This document shows positions 25,468 to 42,313 of a stretch of DNA of 64,000 nt, piece by piece. The position numbers were made by a program, and so were the translations under genes. This stretch comes from Lepidodermella squamata. Its lineage: Eukaryota; Animalia; Gastrotricha. Within the stretch, counting starts at the first letter, position 1, and every line of letters begins with the position of its first letter. The notes beneath the pieces are model-generated. The model ran no database searches, was not told where the DNA came from, and saw nothing but the letters and a program-made list of their open reading frames with translations. The DNA lies in NCBI GenBank assembly GCA_047495785.1, contig JBLDXI010000055.1, positions 992,001 through 1,056,000 of the forward strand, in the 5' to 3' direction.

Positions 25468-26442
25468 ATGAAGTTGATTTTCGCAGTTATTGCTATCGTT
25501 TCGGCTGTTAATTATTGCGCGAACGCAAATCAGCAAGTTTTTTCGAATGATGATGAAGAATTTCATCAGGAGGTATTGAGCCGTGATGAAGGAGATGGCT
25601 ATCACCTAGTCGTCTTGAACCCCGAGGATGAACAGCCGAAAGTAGTTGAAGCAACCACCACCGTCGACCCACAGGAAGATCCAGATCGGCTTTTCTACAT
25701 GCCTGATGGCCGTATTTTCGACCGAAAATCACGATCGGATTACATTGGCCAAGCTCTGGAATTCGCTGAGATTCTCGGCCGCCGCTTTTACAACCAAATG
25801 ATTCTGACGGGCTACTTCGCTAAGCGAGTTCACGAGCATCTCTTCATTCCGACGCTGACTCGGCTCCAGCGCGAACAGCTTCACTTTTGCGAGGGTGTTT
25901 TGACCAAGAACGAGACGCTTATTCGCAAATTTTTGCCACTCATCAAGAACGAACTCAATTTTCACATGTACACCGGCCTGTGCAGCCCGCTGGATATGGC
26001 GACATACCTGGGCGATGAAAATTTGACAATCATCAAGTTTCTCCTCGACAACGGCGCCAATGTTAGCATGGCGAATTCGTACGGCGAGACACCGCTTTTC
26101 ATTGCAGCTGCGATGAATCACAAGAAAACCGTCAGCTTCCTAATCGAACATGGCGCTGATGTTAACTGCAAGACGAAATTTGAAGAGATCACCCCAGCTA
26201 TGGCGGCGGCTTACCTGGGCAATGTGGAAGTTTTGCGCATTCTGTTTAAACACGGCGCTTCGATCAAGCCGTTGATTGAAGACCGCGAATATTTAAATTA
26301 TTTGATCAATAAGCCACTCAACAGCTGTGAACGAGGCGAAGAAGTGTTCAAAATTCTAGGCGAATTCGGAAATGGTTGGAAATTAACCCCGCATCAGTAT
26401 AAAGAATGGAAATCCAATAATGAATGCGGTTACAAGCTTTGA
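25468..26442 (+). CDS. Signal-peptide-bearing ankyrin-repeat protein (intronless)
   Basis: MKLIFAVIAIVSAVNYCANA signal; ~3 ANK repeats (SPLDMA..FLLDNGANV, GETPLFIAA..FLIEHGADVN, TPAMAAAYLGNVEVLRILFKHGA). Confidence 0.88.
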   Translation: MKLIFAVIAIVSAVNYCANANQQVFSNDDEEFHQEVLSRDEGDGYHLVVLNPEDEQPKVVEATTTVDPQEDPDRLFYMPDGRIFDRKSRSDYIGQALEFAEILGRRFYNQMILTGYFAKRVHEHLFIPTLTRLQREQLHFCEGVLTKNETLIRKFLPLIKNELNFHMYTGLCSPLDMATYLGDENLTIIKFLLDNGANVSMANSYGETPLFIAAAMNHKKTVSFLIEHGADVNCKTKFEEITPAMAAAYLGNVEVLRILFKHGASIKPLIEDREYLNYLINKPLNSCERGEEVFKILGEFGNGWKLTPHQYKEWKSNNECGYKL

Positions 26443-26640
26443 AACCATGGTTGAAGTTGGCTTGAAGAGGTGTTTGTTTCTGACAAAAATGGCTGCTGAA
26501 ATTGTTAAAGTTTGAACTATTTGAAGCATTTGATTGACAATAAAATTTGATCATAACCTTTGATGTCTTAATTTTCGAAAAATACTCCTTAATTTACATT
26601 ATTTTTTCATTTTTAAATGAATTCAAAGTTCTGTTTAGCC

Positions 26641-28341
26641 ATGTTCAAGTTCTTCATCGTGGGGGTTATTTTGCATTTTTGTTCGGGTACAGATTTCCTG
26701 GAAGGACCTTATGGACGCGTGATTTTCGCAAGAGATTCCGCTGGAGATGAAACTGCTGCTTCTAAATATCGGATCGTAATTGATGCTAAGAAAACTGGAC
26801 CTGATCCGAATGATCGAATCCAATCGATTTCTGTCCTTCTGAACCCGGATCGCAACCCCAAGTCCCAGCTGGTAATTTCCAGTTTCCTGATCATCAGCCG
26901 CGAGGAAGAGCCGGATGTCTTCAGGCAACAGGCTGAAGTTGTGAATCACTGGAGAATAACGAGCGACAAGTTATTTACCACTCAACGCCGACACATCAAT
27001 GACATGGCTCTTTGCACGTATAAAGCGTATCTAACAGGCGAGATTAATAGGCCCTCTGACAACGAGGATAGTGGCATGCATTTTCAGGAAGAAAGCCATT
27101 CAGCTGAATCTCGACAAATGCATCTGGAAAACGCTAATGCTATCGTCATGGACATGGCGTCGGAAAACTCGGAAGGTGCCAGTCATTGGATAGAGACGGT
27201 TTTGAAGAGCAATGGAGTGTCTTTGAGGACTTCAAACGACCGCTTCACCTTGAGATGTGATAGTTGGGGTTATCGCATCGAACTCATCAAAATCGACATA
27301 ATGCTGACTGGCTTCAACAACGATTTCACAGTTTTTGTCCATGGGGAGCATTACAGCAGAGTTTCCAACGTTTATGAATTTATTTCAGCCAAGTTAAACA
27401 ATTTTCTGATTTCGGAAAATTATTTTAAAATTTTATTTAATTAACGCAGGTTCAACAGAGAAGTTGCTGCTGATTTGGAGGAATTTGCGAAATTTCAATG
27501 TCATTTTCCTTGTCAACCAGTTTTCCTGAAAGATGCATCAGACCCAGAATCGGATGCTTTCGACTTTCAATGCCGCTTCATCCCGCCGATGATACCTTCA
27601 GGCCTAGGATACGACTTGCAGCTAAATTACCTGTGGTTTCAATGCGGCGACGGAGGTTTGTTCGCGCCGCCTTGGCTAGATCGTCCTCTTTACACGAACA
27701 ACTTGAGGAAGAAATACGCTACTTTCGACCAAGTATTTCAAGCTTGTGAAGGTGGTAGCTTAACAAAAAGGCTGATCTCAAATTACAATTGTTCGAACAA
27801 CTGCTATCAACCTGTCACCGGCAATGATATTGATGTCGAAACAGCTTCTGACGCTATTTTTCAGTGTCACGAAAACGGGCAAATTATCGAAGAATTTTAC
27901 GTCGACAAAGCGACTAAATACCTGAAGTATTGCGAGTTCACTGGGCCAATCATATCTTCGTCAAATAAATATTTGGAGGAAAATATTGTCATTACAACTT
28001 GTGCGCTGGAAATGGATCGCAGCGATGACTCTGTGATTGATTGGCCTGAGGTGAAAAACGCGGAGATAAAGTGGTATCTGCGACTGAATCGAACCGATAC
28101 AACTGTCGGAAGCGTGTCAGCTTTGTCTTCAGTTCGACCGAACCCTGTTGTCACGTTTAGAATCGCCGTTAGCAAGTATAACGCTGAAGAAACGAACGAG
28201 TTGTTAGCGTTTCAGATCAACTTCAAGCTTTTTCTATCGCTTCAACGAGTTCATGTCCATTTTAACAGCCGAATTTTCAGATATCTTGGTCATTATGATG
28301 ATGCCCAAACTTTTGGAAAAATATCTAAAATAAACTTTTAA
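26641..28341 (+). CDS. Secreted protein of unknown family, member C (intron 27393-27449; possible further short intron near 28175-28215, 3' end uncertain)
   Basis: Signal MFKFFIVGVILHFCSG; YLWFQCGDGGL..YTNNLRKKYA and FQCHENGQIIEEFYVDKATKYLKYC match members A and B. Confidence 0.75.
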
Positions 28342-28352
28342 TTGTGGCTTTT

Positions 28353-30241
28353 TCATTTACATCCAAATTTGTTAATTAAGGTTGTAGTCGTCAGCAGTAT
28401 AAAGCTCGCTATCATGGACAACCCACAAGCATAAAAAACTAGGTTATAACTTGGCAGCAAGCCAAAAATAGGCGAGCCAATCAGCATGGCGACACCTTGA
28501 GCCGAAAGTAAAATTCCGAATGCGAACGGTAGTTCGTTAAGTGGGAAAATGTCTGTCAAAATCGGGGTCAGCAGAGTCTGTGATCCTCCCAGGAGGAATG
28601 AAAAAGCAAAGAAGCAAAGAGCTACGGCGTTGAATCTAGCTACTAGAAATGGAGCCAAAAAGATAGCTAATCCACCCAAGCCAACCAACAATGCATGAAA
28701 TGGGATGCGGAATGATGTCAAGAGATCGCCGAGCAGCGCCATCGTTGGTCGACCGACGAGATTTCCGACGCCGAAAAGCGACAGCAAAAATGTGATATCA
28801 CTCGATTTCCAGCCAAGTTGATGTCCCCAATCAGCGATAAAAATCATCGGCGTGAAAAGGGAAAGGCATGTCACGAAATTCGATATGACGAACCACGTAA
28901 ACTTCCATTCTTTGACGAGTTGAAACAGAGGCTTGATAAAACTGCTGAGACAAGCGCGTCCGATCGGAATAGGATCATTCTCGTCCCGTGGCAGCTTAGA
29001 TGGTTCATCGCTAGGCAAAACAGCCGGCGGGCCTAGTTTTAAATCATTTTTATCTCGGATCGCCTTTGCGTAAATTTTAGAGTGGTAGCTTGTCAAAGTT
29101 GATCGGTATAAGCTGCTCATACTTCTCAAATGTTTAGGCCTACTGGCTGTTCTTCTTTGAAACGAGGGAGTTACATCGAGAAACTGCAACGGTTTTGATT
29201 TCAGTATTTCTGACTGTAAGCAATTGCCAGCGCTAGACGATCGCCTGATGCTATTAACAGCTTTTTCTTCGACTTTTGGAGCAATAAGGATCCCAGAAAG
29301 CGAATCGTCTGGTGTCACAGTGATAGTTACCTCACATTCAGGCGTGACAATAATTTTTGGCCAGTTGCCAACTTCGTCTGTTCGGTTAGATTTCCATTGC
29401 AGACAGTTCACAGTTCCGTATTCCTGATCGCAAAATGAGTCATCATCTTCAGCTGGCCTCGAGCAGCTGCTAATTCGAAAATGGACGCCTAGTTTACTGT
29501 TATAATCGCTAGTCCGCAACTTTTCGGTAAACCAGGACAAGAAGAGGGCCGCACATATCGAATTCAAACTGAGAGCTCCTGAAAAATTGTGTTTTTTCGA
29601 ATTAAGAGAGTACGGTAAGCAGTTAAATAAATTTCGTTCATACCTGTGATAAGCAGAGCTCCCCGCCAGCCGAAGATTGACATGAGGTATCGAAGCAGAT
29701 AAGGATGAACGAAACACCCGACGTAAGCGCCAAGGCTACCCAACGTCGTGGCTAATGTCCGATTTCGTTCAAATGAGATTGAAATGAGTACCATTACGGG
29801 TAAGAAAGTGAGAGCCATTCCAACCCCACATAAAATGCCGAATGTGAAATACAAGTGGAGGACACTTGCGGCTAGTGATGATGTCATAAATCCAATTGAA
29901 ACCAATAAACTGCCGGAAATTACCAGCGATCGGGTTTCGAACCGTCGATCCAAGATGCTAATAATCGGGCCGATCAAACACTGCAGGCTGAATGCGAGAC
30001 TTCCGATTAGGCTAACGTCGGATTTCGAGCATTTGAATTCTTCCATTAGGATATCGAAGATGAGCTCGATTGAGTAAGTTGTGCCGAATGAAAGGAATGT
30101 AATCACGAAGGCGGCCCCAACAATAGCCCAGCCCCAGCCTGTTTAGCAATACAAACATTATACGCGGCTGTAATCCTTTGAATTTATTCAACCTCCATCG
30201 GCAGCATCTTCGTCAGAACTATTCTGAGAATTTTCAGTCAT
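28353..30241 (-). CDS. SLC16/monocarboxylate-transporter-family MFS protein a (multi-exon)
   Basis: AADGG|WGWAIV start, FKCSKSDVS, FERNRTLA, FGWRGALLITG, large central loop, GNLVGRP. Confidence 0.9.
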
Positions 30242-30682
30242 TTTTGTTAATTGATAATATGTGTCGTTTGTTTTAATACCAAGGTCAGTTTTATTATCAG
30301 CGTAAACAAGTTTGTTTTCGAAAAATATACCTGTAATAATATTTATAAGCAGGCGTGCCGTTGAATAGGCATAATCAGGTCACGTGGCGGCTGGCCAGGC
30401 TGGCCGGCCAAACCACGTGGTCGCCGTATAAAAAAGGTCATGAATCATGACGCACTGGAGAATTGATAAAATGTTGTGTAGAAGTATTACATTGCAAATC
30501 ACCTGAAAAATTGGATTTTTCCAGCAAAAACACAATTGAGGAATCAAAATGTTAATTTATTGAAAATCATCCTATTTCCCTTTATTCATTTATCCCGATA
30601 CGAAACAAATCATATAGGACATGTTGTGCACATTTATCGCGGAAAGATCATAGACACATAACGACATAATTTTATGAAGAAA

Positions 30683-31831
30683 TCAACCGCTTAAAAGTTT
30701 GCTAAATCCACCAAAGAAGCCCGAATTTGCACTGCCCTTGTTTCCAGTCGCCGACGGCAACTTGGCGTACTTTTGAGCTGAATCTGCAATAAAGTCATTG
30801 TAAGACTTCTCGCGCTGAACTAGAAGCTCTCCCATTTCCCTGATGTCGTTCTCCAACTTCTTGCAAGCCTCCTCGTACTTCTTCTTCGCCTCGCAGAACT
30901 CGGTTTGGAAGTTTTCCAACTGCCGCTTCTTCTCAGCAAGTTGCTCCTCAGTTTTCCTGATACTCGTCACGCATTCTGTATCAGGCGGAACGGCTTGAAG
31001 GCAGCATAGGCTGTACCTAACTGATTGAAGCCAATTATCGCCATAGATGCAGAACAAATGAGTCCCTGGCAGTAGGCTCTTGACGTCAACGTCAAAGGTA
31101 TCCAAGATCATGAAAACCGGCGGCACCTCGTCGTCCAAATGCCGCATCATAGCTAACGGCATCGCCTCCATAAGGTTATAGCGCTGGTAGGGTACAACGT
31201 ACAACGTCGCCTCAGATTGTTTCTTTCTCTTCTGGCTCTCCTCCACAAGCGCCACATTGCCGTTGTTGTCGAAGACCACAATTTTGAATTTGTCATTGTC
31301 GCTAGACGTGCATGAAATAATGACACCATTCGCCAAATCTTTTTCAGTGACAGTCAATCGGAAGAAATGGGCGTCCTGACGCTCGACTGAACCTGTTATC
31401 TTCTCACCCCACAGCAGGTCGGTTACAGTCGGCAGGCCAGGCACGTCCGTACGATTTTGATTTATGTACTGAGCTGATGACAGGACTTTCTGGGTGATTT
31501 CAGTCGGAACTGGAATGCCGGCTTTGCTAATTAAGGCCCCGAAAAGCCGTCCAACAGTGCCGAGTTTTTCAACATTGATCGGGCTGAGTTCGGAAGAGCC
31601 ATCTTCGCCATGCAAATCGTACTGCCGCTTTTTGTTAGGATCCGACAACACTGCGTACGCCGTTGAGACTTCTTTGAATTTTTCAGCCGCCTCGGCGTTG
31701 CCTGGGTTTTTATCCGGATGGAATTGCATAGCGAGTTTGCGGTAGGAATGCTTTATTTGACCCTGATTCGCCGTCCGCTCGACGTTCAGAATTGCATAGA
31801 AATCACGACCTTTCTTCCCTTTGCTTGCCAT
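30683..31831 (-). CDS. J-domain protein of the plant ARG1/AtJ15 - nematode DNJ-16 type (intronless)
   Basis: DFYAILNV..YRKLAMQFHPDKNP J-domain; LGTVGRLFGALISKAGIPVPTEI, GSVERQDAHFF, PGTHLFCIYGDNW; C-terminal coiled coil. Confidence 0.85.
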   Translation of the reverse strand: MASKGKKGRDFYAILNVERTANQGQIKHSYRKLAMQFHPDKNPGNAEAAEKFKEVSTAYAVLSDPNKKRQYDLHGEDGSSELSPINVEKLGTVGRLFGALISKAGIPVPTEITQKVLSSAQYINQNRTDVPGLPTVTDLLWGEKITGSVERQDAHFFRLTVTEKDLANGVIISCTSSDNDKFKIVVFDNNGNVALVEESQKRKKQSEATLYVVPYQRYNLMEAMPLAMMRHLDDEVPPVFMILDTFDVDVKSLLPGTHLFCIYGDNWLQSVRYSLCCLQAVPPDTECVTSIRKTEEQLAEKKRQLENFQTEFCEAKKKYEEACKKLENDIREMGELLVQREKSYNDFIADSAQKYAKLPSATGNKGSANSGFFGGFSKLLSG

Positions 31832-32740
31832 GTTTGTTATCTTCCTAACAAGACGAGACAAATAACGTTAAAAGCTATCTAATTTGAAGTAAATTTTTAA
31901 TGGGCGTTAAAATTATGAAATTTTACACGATGAAAGGCTTGTCTATTTAGCAAAGAAAAATGAAAAATAGATCGCGTGCTTGATTGAGTTAAAATTTATC
32001 AATCAAAAGTAAAAAATAGTTGCCTCACGCCATTGTCAATTATCGGCTAGCTGGAAAATTCGAGAAAGTTCGATTTAGTATGCTATAGTTACGACGATTG
32101 ATTTGGGTCTAATCCTTATGATAAGAACAGCTGCGGGGAATTCAGAGATTTTTAATATCAGAAAGTCTCTCGCTGTAAGGCATGAATAATAAAATGAAAG
32201 TAGGAGACATCAGAAATGAAGCATCTCAAGCAGTTAAAGTATCATGAAGAACAAATGCAGTATGCCTGATGTAGTAGTATGATGTGTAGAGTAATAGTAA
32301 GAACATTCGCGCATGCGTAAATTTGATAGCGGAAATTTTTTATCGCGCGAGACAGAGAGAATGCAAACATGAATGGTGTGTGCACCAGATGTGGCCCATA
32401 TATGAAAATAATGCAAAGCTCTCGTGAATAATAGTGAGTACACTTCCATCGATCCGACCATCATCGATCCACTCTCGCGCACACAGCGCAGTCAAGAGGG
32501 GCCGGCACAGGCATAATAGACAGCAGAACTTTGATATTATTCTCGTCAAAATACTTTGATTCCTTTTTACTTTTCAATCATAACTTTGGTTACTCCTCTT
32601 CGCAGTTGCTCATGAGAAATCGGCACGATCGCTGGGGAATGTCGGCAACAAAGTTGAAAAAATTATTCGAAGCGGTTGAAATTTCGAAAACAAATAGCAA
32701 TTCAACTTTAATTTATTCACGAGCGAATTAAAAAAATTAT

Positions 32741-34865
32741 TCAGTTTCCCTGAGCTGCTGTTTCGACCAGACGGCACTGGCAGAATATACGGCTGGCGTA
32801 CGTAACAACAATGACTATAACAGCACCAATGATGAGAATGAGGCCTGCCGCGTTGAACGTCAACGTATATGTCGGGAATAGGCCGAGAAGGGGCGGGCCA
32901 ATAAGGATGGCCGCGCCTTCCGCTGCGATTAGGACACCAAAGGCGAACCCGAGTTTCTCGAGCGGCACAATGTCGGCGAGTATTGGAGTAAGAAGCGTCT
33001 GAGAGCCGCCGGTGAAGAAGGCGAATTGGAAGACGAAACCGGCCAAAAAATAGAAATTCGCGAAAAGGGGTGTGATGGCTGTTAAACAGCCAGTTGTTGC
33101 GACCATTAGCGCGAATATTAGGACGCGATGATTTTCCAATAAATCGCCAATAAATGCAACCACCGGCCGGCCGATGATATTACCAATGCCGACTAGCGAC
33201 AGTAATAGAGTTGTAGAGTCTGAATCAATTCCGAGTGACCTTGCCCAGTCGACTATGAAAACTGAAAATAATCGGACAGTTTAAATGTTTTTTTAGATAA
33301 AACTCGGAAATTACGCGAGGGAGTATAAAAAGCCAGGCAGATCAAGAAATTTGACACAATGAAAACGCCTAACTCGGGATTTTTAAATGTTTCCAAGGTC
33401 GGCTTTACGACAATATTGAAACAATCTCGAGCTTCTTCAGGCGGATGGCTCTCCTGAGGAGTTGGTGTTTTGCCGATTGATGGCGTCGATTCTTTGCGAC
33501 TTAAAGCACGCTTTAATGACGGCTGAGAGGGCGATTTTACGATCTTCTGATCGTCTGTCGACAACTGGCTCATCAAAACGCGAGGGGTGTACATGCCGGC
33601 GAAGCTGCTAACTCGTGATAGCTTCCGCTTCAACCTCGCATTGTTAACAGATTGTTGGAAATTAGACTGATTTGTCATCCTTGGAGCGGCGCCTCTGTGT
33701 TCTCCTCCGATCGGATCTGAAACATTCCGTTGGAGTCTAGGCTCATGCCGCAAGGGAGAAGGGCCCCTCTCAGACAAGGCTCGGTTATAAACGGGTCTGG
33801 TTTCCGTCGCTGGCGATGCCGATCTCGCCCGCGAAGTTGGCAATCTATCATCTTGGATTGGAGGTGATGGAAGATCTGATAAAACGTCATCTTCCAAGTC
33901 ACTCCCTGCGACGATGTTCAACCGAACTTTTGAATCTTCAGCCGCAGGTTCCGCATCGGTTTCCTCGTCCTGCTCTTCAATAACACTAGGAAGCTGTGTG
34001 CCGACATTTTCTTCCACCAAATTCTCTAATCGGGTGAAGCTGTCTTGATTGGCATCTCTATGACTCATTTCAATCGCATCATCATCTTTCGAACGCTCAA
34101 CCGGCCGAAGAAGTAATGAGAGAGCGCATGAGTGTAGCGATAGGGCACCCATCATTAATAAAGCTCCCCGCCAGCCGAAGGTCGATATTAATATTTTGTA
34201 AACGTAAGGGTGTATGAAGCACCCGGCGTACCCGCCAATGCCACCCAGTGCGGTAGCCAAACTCCTCCGTTTCTCGAAATAGTAAGAAATAATTATTATC
34301 ACTGGCAGGTAGCTTAACGCCATTCCGATACCTAAAGATAACATGATACAGCTCTAAGGTGATTAACCTGTTAAATACCTCCGAAAATTCCGAAGATGAA
34401 GTGAAGGTAGATCATGTTTGGCGCGAATGCCGACAGGATAAAGGACGTCGAAATTATAAAACAGCCGATAAATACGACGATCCTTGTACCGAAACGGTCT
34501 TGAAGCATACTGACAACGGGTCCGAGAAAGCATTGCAAGCTGAAGTTGATCGTAGCCATGATACTGACCTCAGATTTCGAACATTTGAATTCGGCTAAGA
34601 GTAGGTCGAACGTAATGCCGATGCTGAACATGGCCCCGCAAGATCTTGAAAACAAAATTATTAGTTAAAAATATTATCAAACCCACATCGGTTACACACA
34701 GAAAATTTATGAGAAATACAGAAACAACAATGACCCAGCCCCAACCTGTCCATAAATAGAAACGTCTCCTTAAAAAAAGGGCTTAGATGATGATCAAAAC
34801 AACAAACCTCCATCTGGAGCCTTGGGCGATGCATCCGACTCGTTTTTATCCCTCTCTTTCGGCAT
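32741..34865 (-). CDS. SLC16-family transporter b (multi-exon)
   Basis: KAPDGG|WGWVIV, YFEKRRSLATALG, FGWRGALL, GNIIGRP. Confidence 0.9.
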
Positions 34866-35336
34866 ATCTAATTTTGAATCGAAAAATGTCAAGTTCACCA
34901 AACTATGGGGGATTTTTCGGTGCTATATGATACGAGACATATTTTTCGAATTTTGAAACGTGGCCGAAAGCCAGGGCAACGTGTCGGTTGTCCAAACGAT
35001 AAGACCCGGCGCGTGGTCAGGTTTATCTAAATCCGCTTGTGAGAATGGTGAAAAGTTGCGGGGAAAATAAGCAAAAGTAACTCGGGGCAAGATAATGCCG
35101 CCCTTGACGTATGAATAAAAGCTATTTTGCAATGAAACTTCAAATTGAGTTTTGTTTGTTTTACTTATGCTTGAGTTATAGCTGAATAGAGGTGTGTGAG
35201 CTCTGCGTATCAATGAACTCAAAAGTTTTTACTATACAAGCAGCTCGTATTTATTCATGCATCTGGCTCGCGTCGTCGAAGCACGTGTGCGTTGTCAAGT
35301 GACAACGTCGTCGATTAGATTAGGAGCTAAATTTAT

Positions 35337-37202
35337 TCAATTATTCATGAGAATATCTATTACAACTCCAATGATCAACATAATGGAACTTGTGAGATAA
35401 AGCGTTCCCATTACGAGAAAATGAAGCTTGAAGTTTGCTAATAAGCCGAATAACGAAGGGCCTAGTAAAATAGCAACTCCGCGGGACACCTGGAATACTT
35501 GAAAGGTCAGTTTTAAGTCCTCTTCCTGTACCATGTTACATATCACTGGGGTGAATATAGTGCGAACTCCACCGGCAAAAAATGAAGAGAGAAAGGCGAA
35601 AATAGCCAGGTAAATGAATTTTCCGTAATAATTAATAGCTAATAATGCCAGAATTCCATCGCCCAGATACAAAGCTATCATCAAGATTGCACGGTAATTA
35701 GGGATGGCGTCAGCCAAGGTTGCAACAATAGGACGTCCTATCAAATTTCCAAGCCCAATTAACGTGAATAGCACGGTCGAAAACATGACAGAACTGCCAA
35801 GTTCATGGCTCAGCCAGCCAAAATATACTGAATAAATACATATATAGGATATATAGGCGCATCAAAATAACGGTTGGCAATCTAACTTACTCGGTATCAC
35901 ATAATGGCAAAATCCGTCAATCAAATTTACCACGAAAAGAGCTATAGAAAAAGGATTCCGAAGCTGAGGGGCCAATTTCTCGAACCATTTTCTTTTTTCT
36001 AGCCTCAAATTATCCTTATTAGCTGCATCACCAGAGCTTCTGAGCAGTATTTCACAGGTATAAATGTTGTCGATACATTTCACGTTCGATTTAATGCTGT
36101 TTCGCCGACTGTTTCTACGAACAATCCCTGCTGCTTCGAGCGAGATATTTGATCTTGTAGTATTGATAGGATCCTTTCGCAGTCCCACTAATCGCTGGAG
36201 TCGTAACAGTTTACTCGAGTTATCCACCCGAGTTGAGCTGTTTGTCATAGACAAAATTCCAGCAACGTCAGCGTTCATGCTCCCAAATTGGTTCTTCAGA
36301 CTTGAATGACTGTGTCTGTGAACTTCGGCTGCGTTCGAATGCTGCCGCTGAATAACTATTGATTCAGCCTCTTTGTGGCGAGGTCGATATCTCTGAACTC
36401 GTTTGTGATCGACCATTGACATAGAGCGGCGATATTGGGGCGGGTTTTTGACTTCAAAATCTGTCAGAAATTCAGACTGGAACTTCGAATCTGGAACTGC
36501 GATTAAGGATTTCGGGCGCTGCTTCTTCGAAGCTGGTAAGGCTACGACCTTTCCAACCTCTGGAGACTCGGGAATAGTGTTGGATGAACATTTTGCTGGT
36601 TTAACTACTGGCCAAGGTCTTAATAGCAGAGCTGCAGCGACAGAGTGCAGCTGAATCGCGGCAGTCAATAAAACAGCCCCACGCCAGTTGTAAATTGAAA
36701 CAAGGGATCTAATCACAATTGGAAACAAAGCTAAACCAAGGAAAGAACCAAATCCTGCCGCCGCTACAGCCAACCGTTTTTGACCGATAAAATTGCGATG
36801 CAAGAAAATAACAGCAGGTTGATATGCCAAAGATAGACCAATTCCTATATTGGGAATGTCAGGCGCAATGAAATACATTTTCACCTAAATTATACCGGTT
36901 AGTAGGCCGTAGGAAATGTAAATGTAGAAGATCCGAGGTGCAAACGCCGTAATAACAAGCGAGGTAAAAACAGTCAGCGATCCAATTGCGACGAGAGACC
37001 AGAAGCTGAATTTGTCTTGTGCAAATGTGACAAGAGGACTTAAAATAAATGGTAAGCTCAGGGCGATACTAGCTACTGCAGCCACCTCAGCTATCGAACA
37101 GCCGAATTCCAGCATTAACTGATCGGCGAGGATGCCGAAGCTGAGTACCGGACCCATCACGGTGAATGTGATGACGCAAACAGCAGCAAGCTTCGACTTC
37201 AT
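35337..37202 (-). CDS. SLC16-family transporter c (divergent, lacks PDGGW start; multi-exon)
   Basis: EFGCSIAEVAAVASI, YNWRGAVLL, GNLIGRP. Confidence 0.85.
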
Positions 37203-37482
37203 GGTAATAATTTGCAAGTCGGGACATGAAAGGCTAAGCCACACCGTAACTAATATACGGCTTTATTGTGACTGATGCTATCTTATCTAGCTGTTTTTTT
37301 CGACTGGCTTGTTTTTGAGCTTTTGTCTTTATCACGGACGAATCCTTGATCGACTTGAGTGCTACGTGCCATACAAGTGAGGTCAAAAAAAATACCCAAG
37401 CTAAGCAAAATTTATTTGCATCAGCAAATCGAAGCTAAATAAGTAATAAAATCATGACAGTGAATGAAGGAGGGATAAGTCT

Positions 37483-38764
<1,282 letters not shown>

Positions 38765-38964
38765 GCTTTTGCAAATAAATGAAAGAAATGAAAACTAAGT
38801 TTTAATCGGGTTAGTGCACGCTCTATCTTCACTGTTATCAATATAGGGTAAATTATCTGTATCAGCAAAAAAGGAAATGATAGGCTATTTTGGAAAACAC
38901 GACATTGTCCTTGGGAATTTTAAGGTTTTAAGTTCATCATGCTAAAAATGCTTCGATTCGTCTA

Positions 38965-39040
38965 AGGTAATAGAATATTAGGCTACCTCGCCGCACATGA
39001 TGTTAGCGCGTTACGAGCGGATCCAATGTGGCGATTTCAA
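38965..39040 (-). pseudogene. Decayed copy of the last exon of cathepsin-like gene 3
   Basis: cgccgcacatgatgttagcgcgttacgagcg resembles 40944-40971, in the equivalent position after the shared gattcgtct flank. Confidence 0.5.
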
Positions 39041-39369
39041 AATCCAACATTTCTGAATTGCTCGCATGAAGCAGTTGGACGCAATATAGTCAGCATGGAA
39101 ATGAGGAGAGGAAAACGATGATTGGCCAGCAAAATTGACTGAACATCCTGAGAGCGTAGGGCGAGAAAAATCTAACCAAAACCGCAAATGAACAATAAGA
39201 TCGTTGTTCGGTTGAAAAACCTAACTGGCGACCCCATTCATCGACTTATCAGGACATCAGTACTACATGTCATAGGAGAGGTCAACAAAATTGAAAATTG
39301 AATAATTTAACCCATCATAATGTAGCTCAAGGAAATTTATTTGCATCAGCAAATTGAAGGTAAGAACAA

Positions 39370-40654
<1,285 letters not shown>

Positions 40655-40911
40655 GTTTATGCAATGTAACTAAATGAAAGTAATGAAAAAAATACGATTT
40701 AATTGGGTTAGTGCATGCACTATCTTCACCGCAATAAATAGGAAAACGGGGCAAATAATATGAGTAAATAAGAGGGCAAAATTCGTTATCAGCATAAGGA
40801 AATAATAGACAATTGGCAATTGGCAACATCACAACAAAATCCTTGGGAATTTCAAATTCATGTTAGAATGCCGATGTTCATCATTCTAAAAATGATTCGA
40901 TTCGTCTGTTT

Positions 40912-42176
<1,265 letters not shown>

Positions 42177-42313
42177 CGTTCCGGGCTCTTTTCTTGGATC
42201 GTGCTGACAGCATCGAGTGCCCAAAATGCTAGAACCTAGTTGGCTCTACAGATAAGTTATCTAATCTTCGCGAATTAGCAACATATTATTTTTACCATTG
42301 AATATTTTATTTT

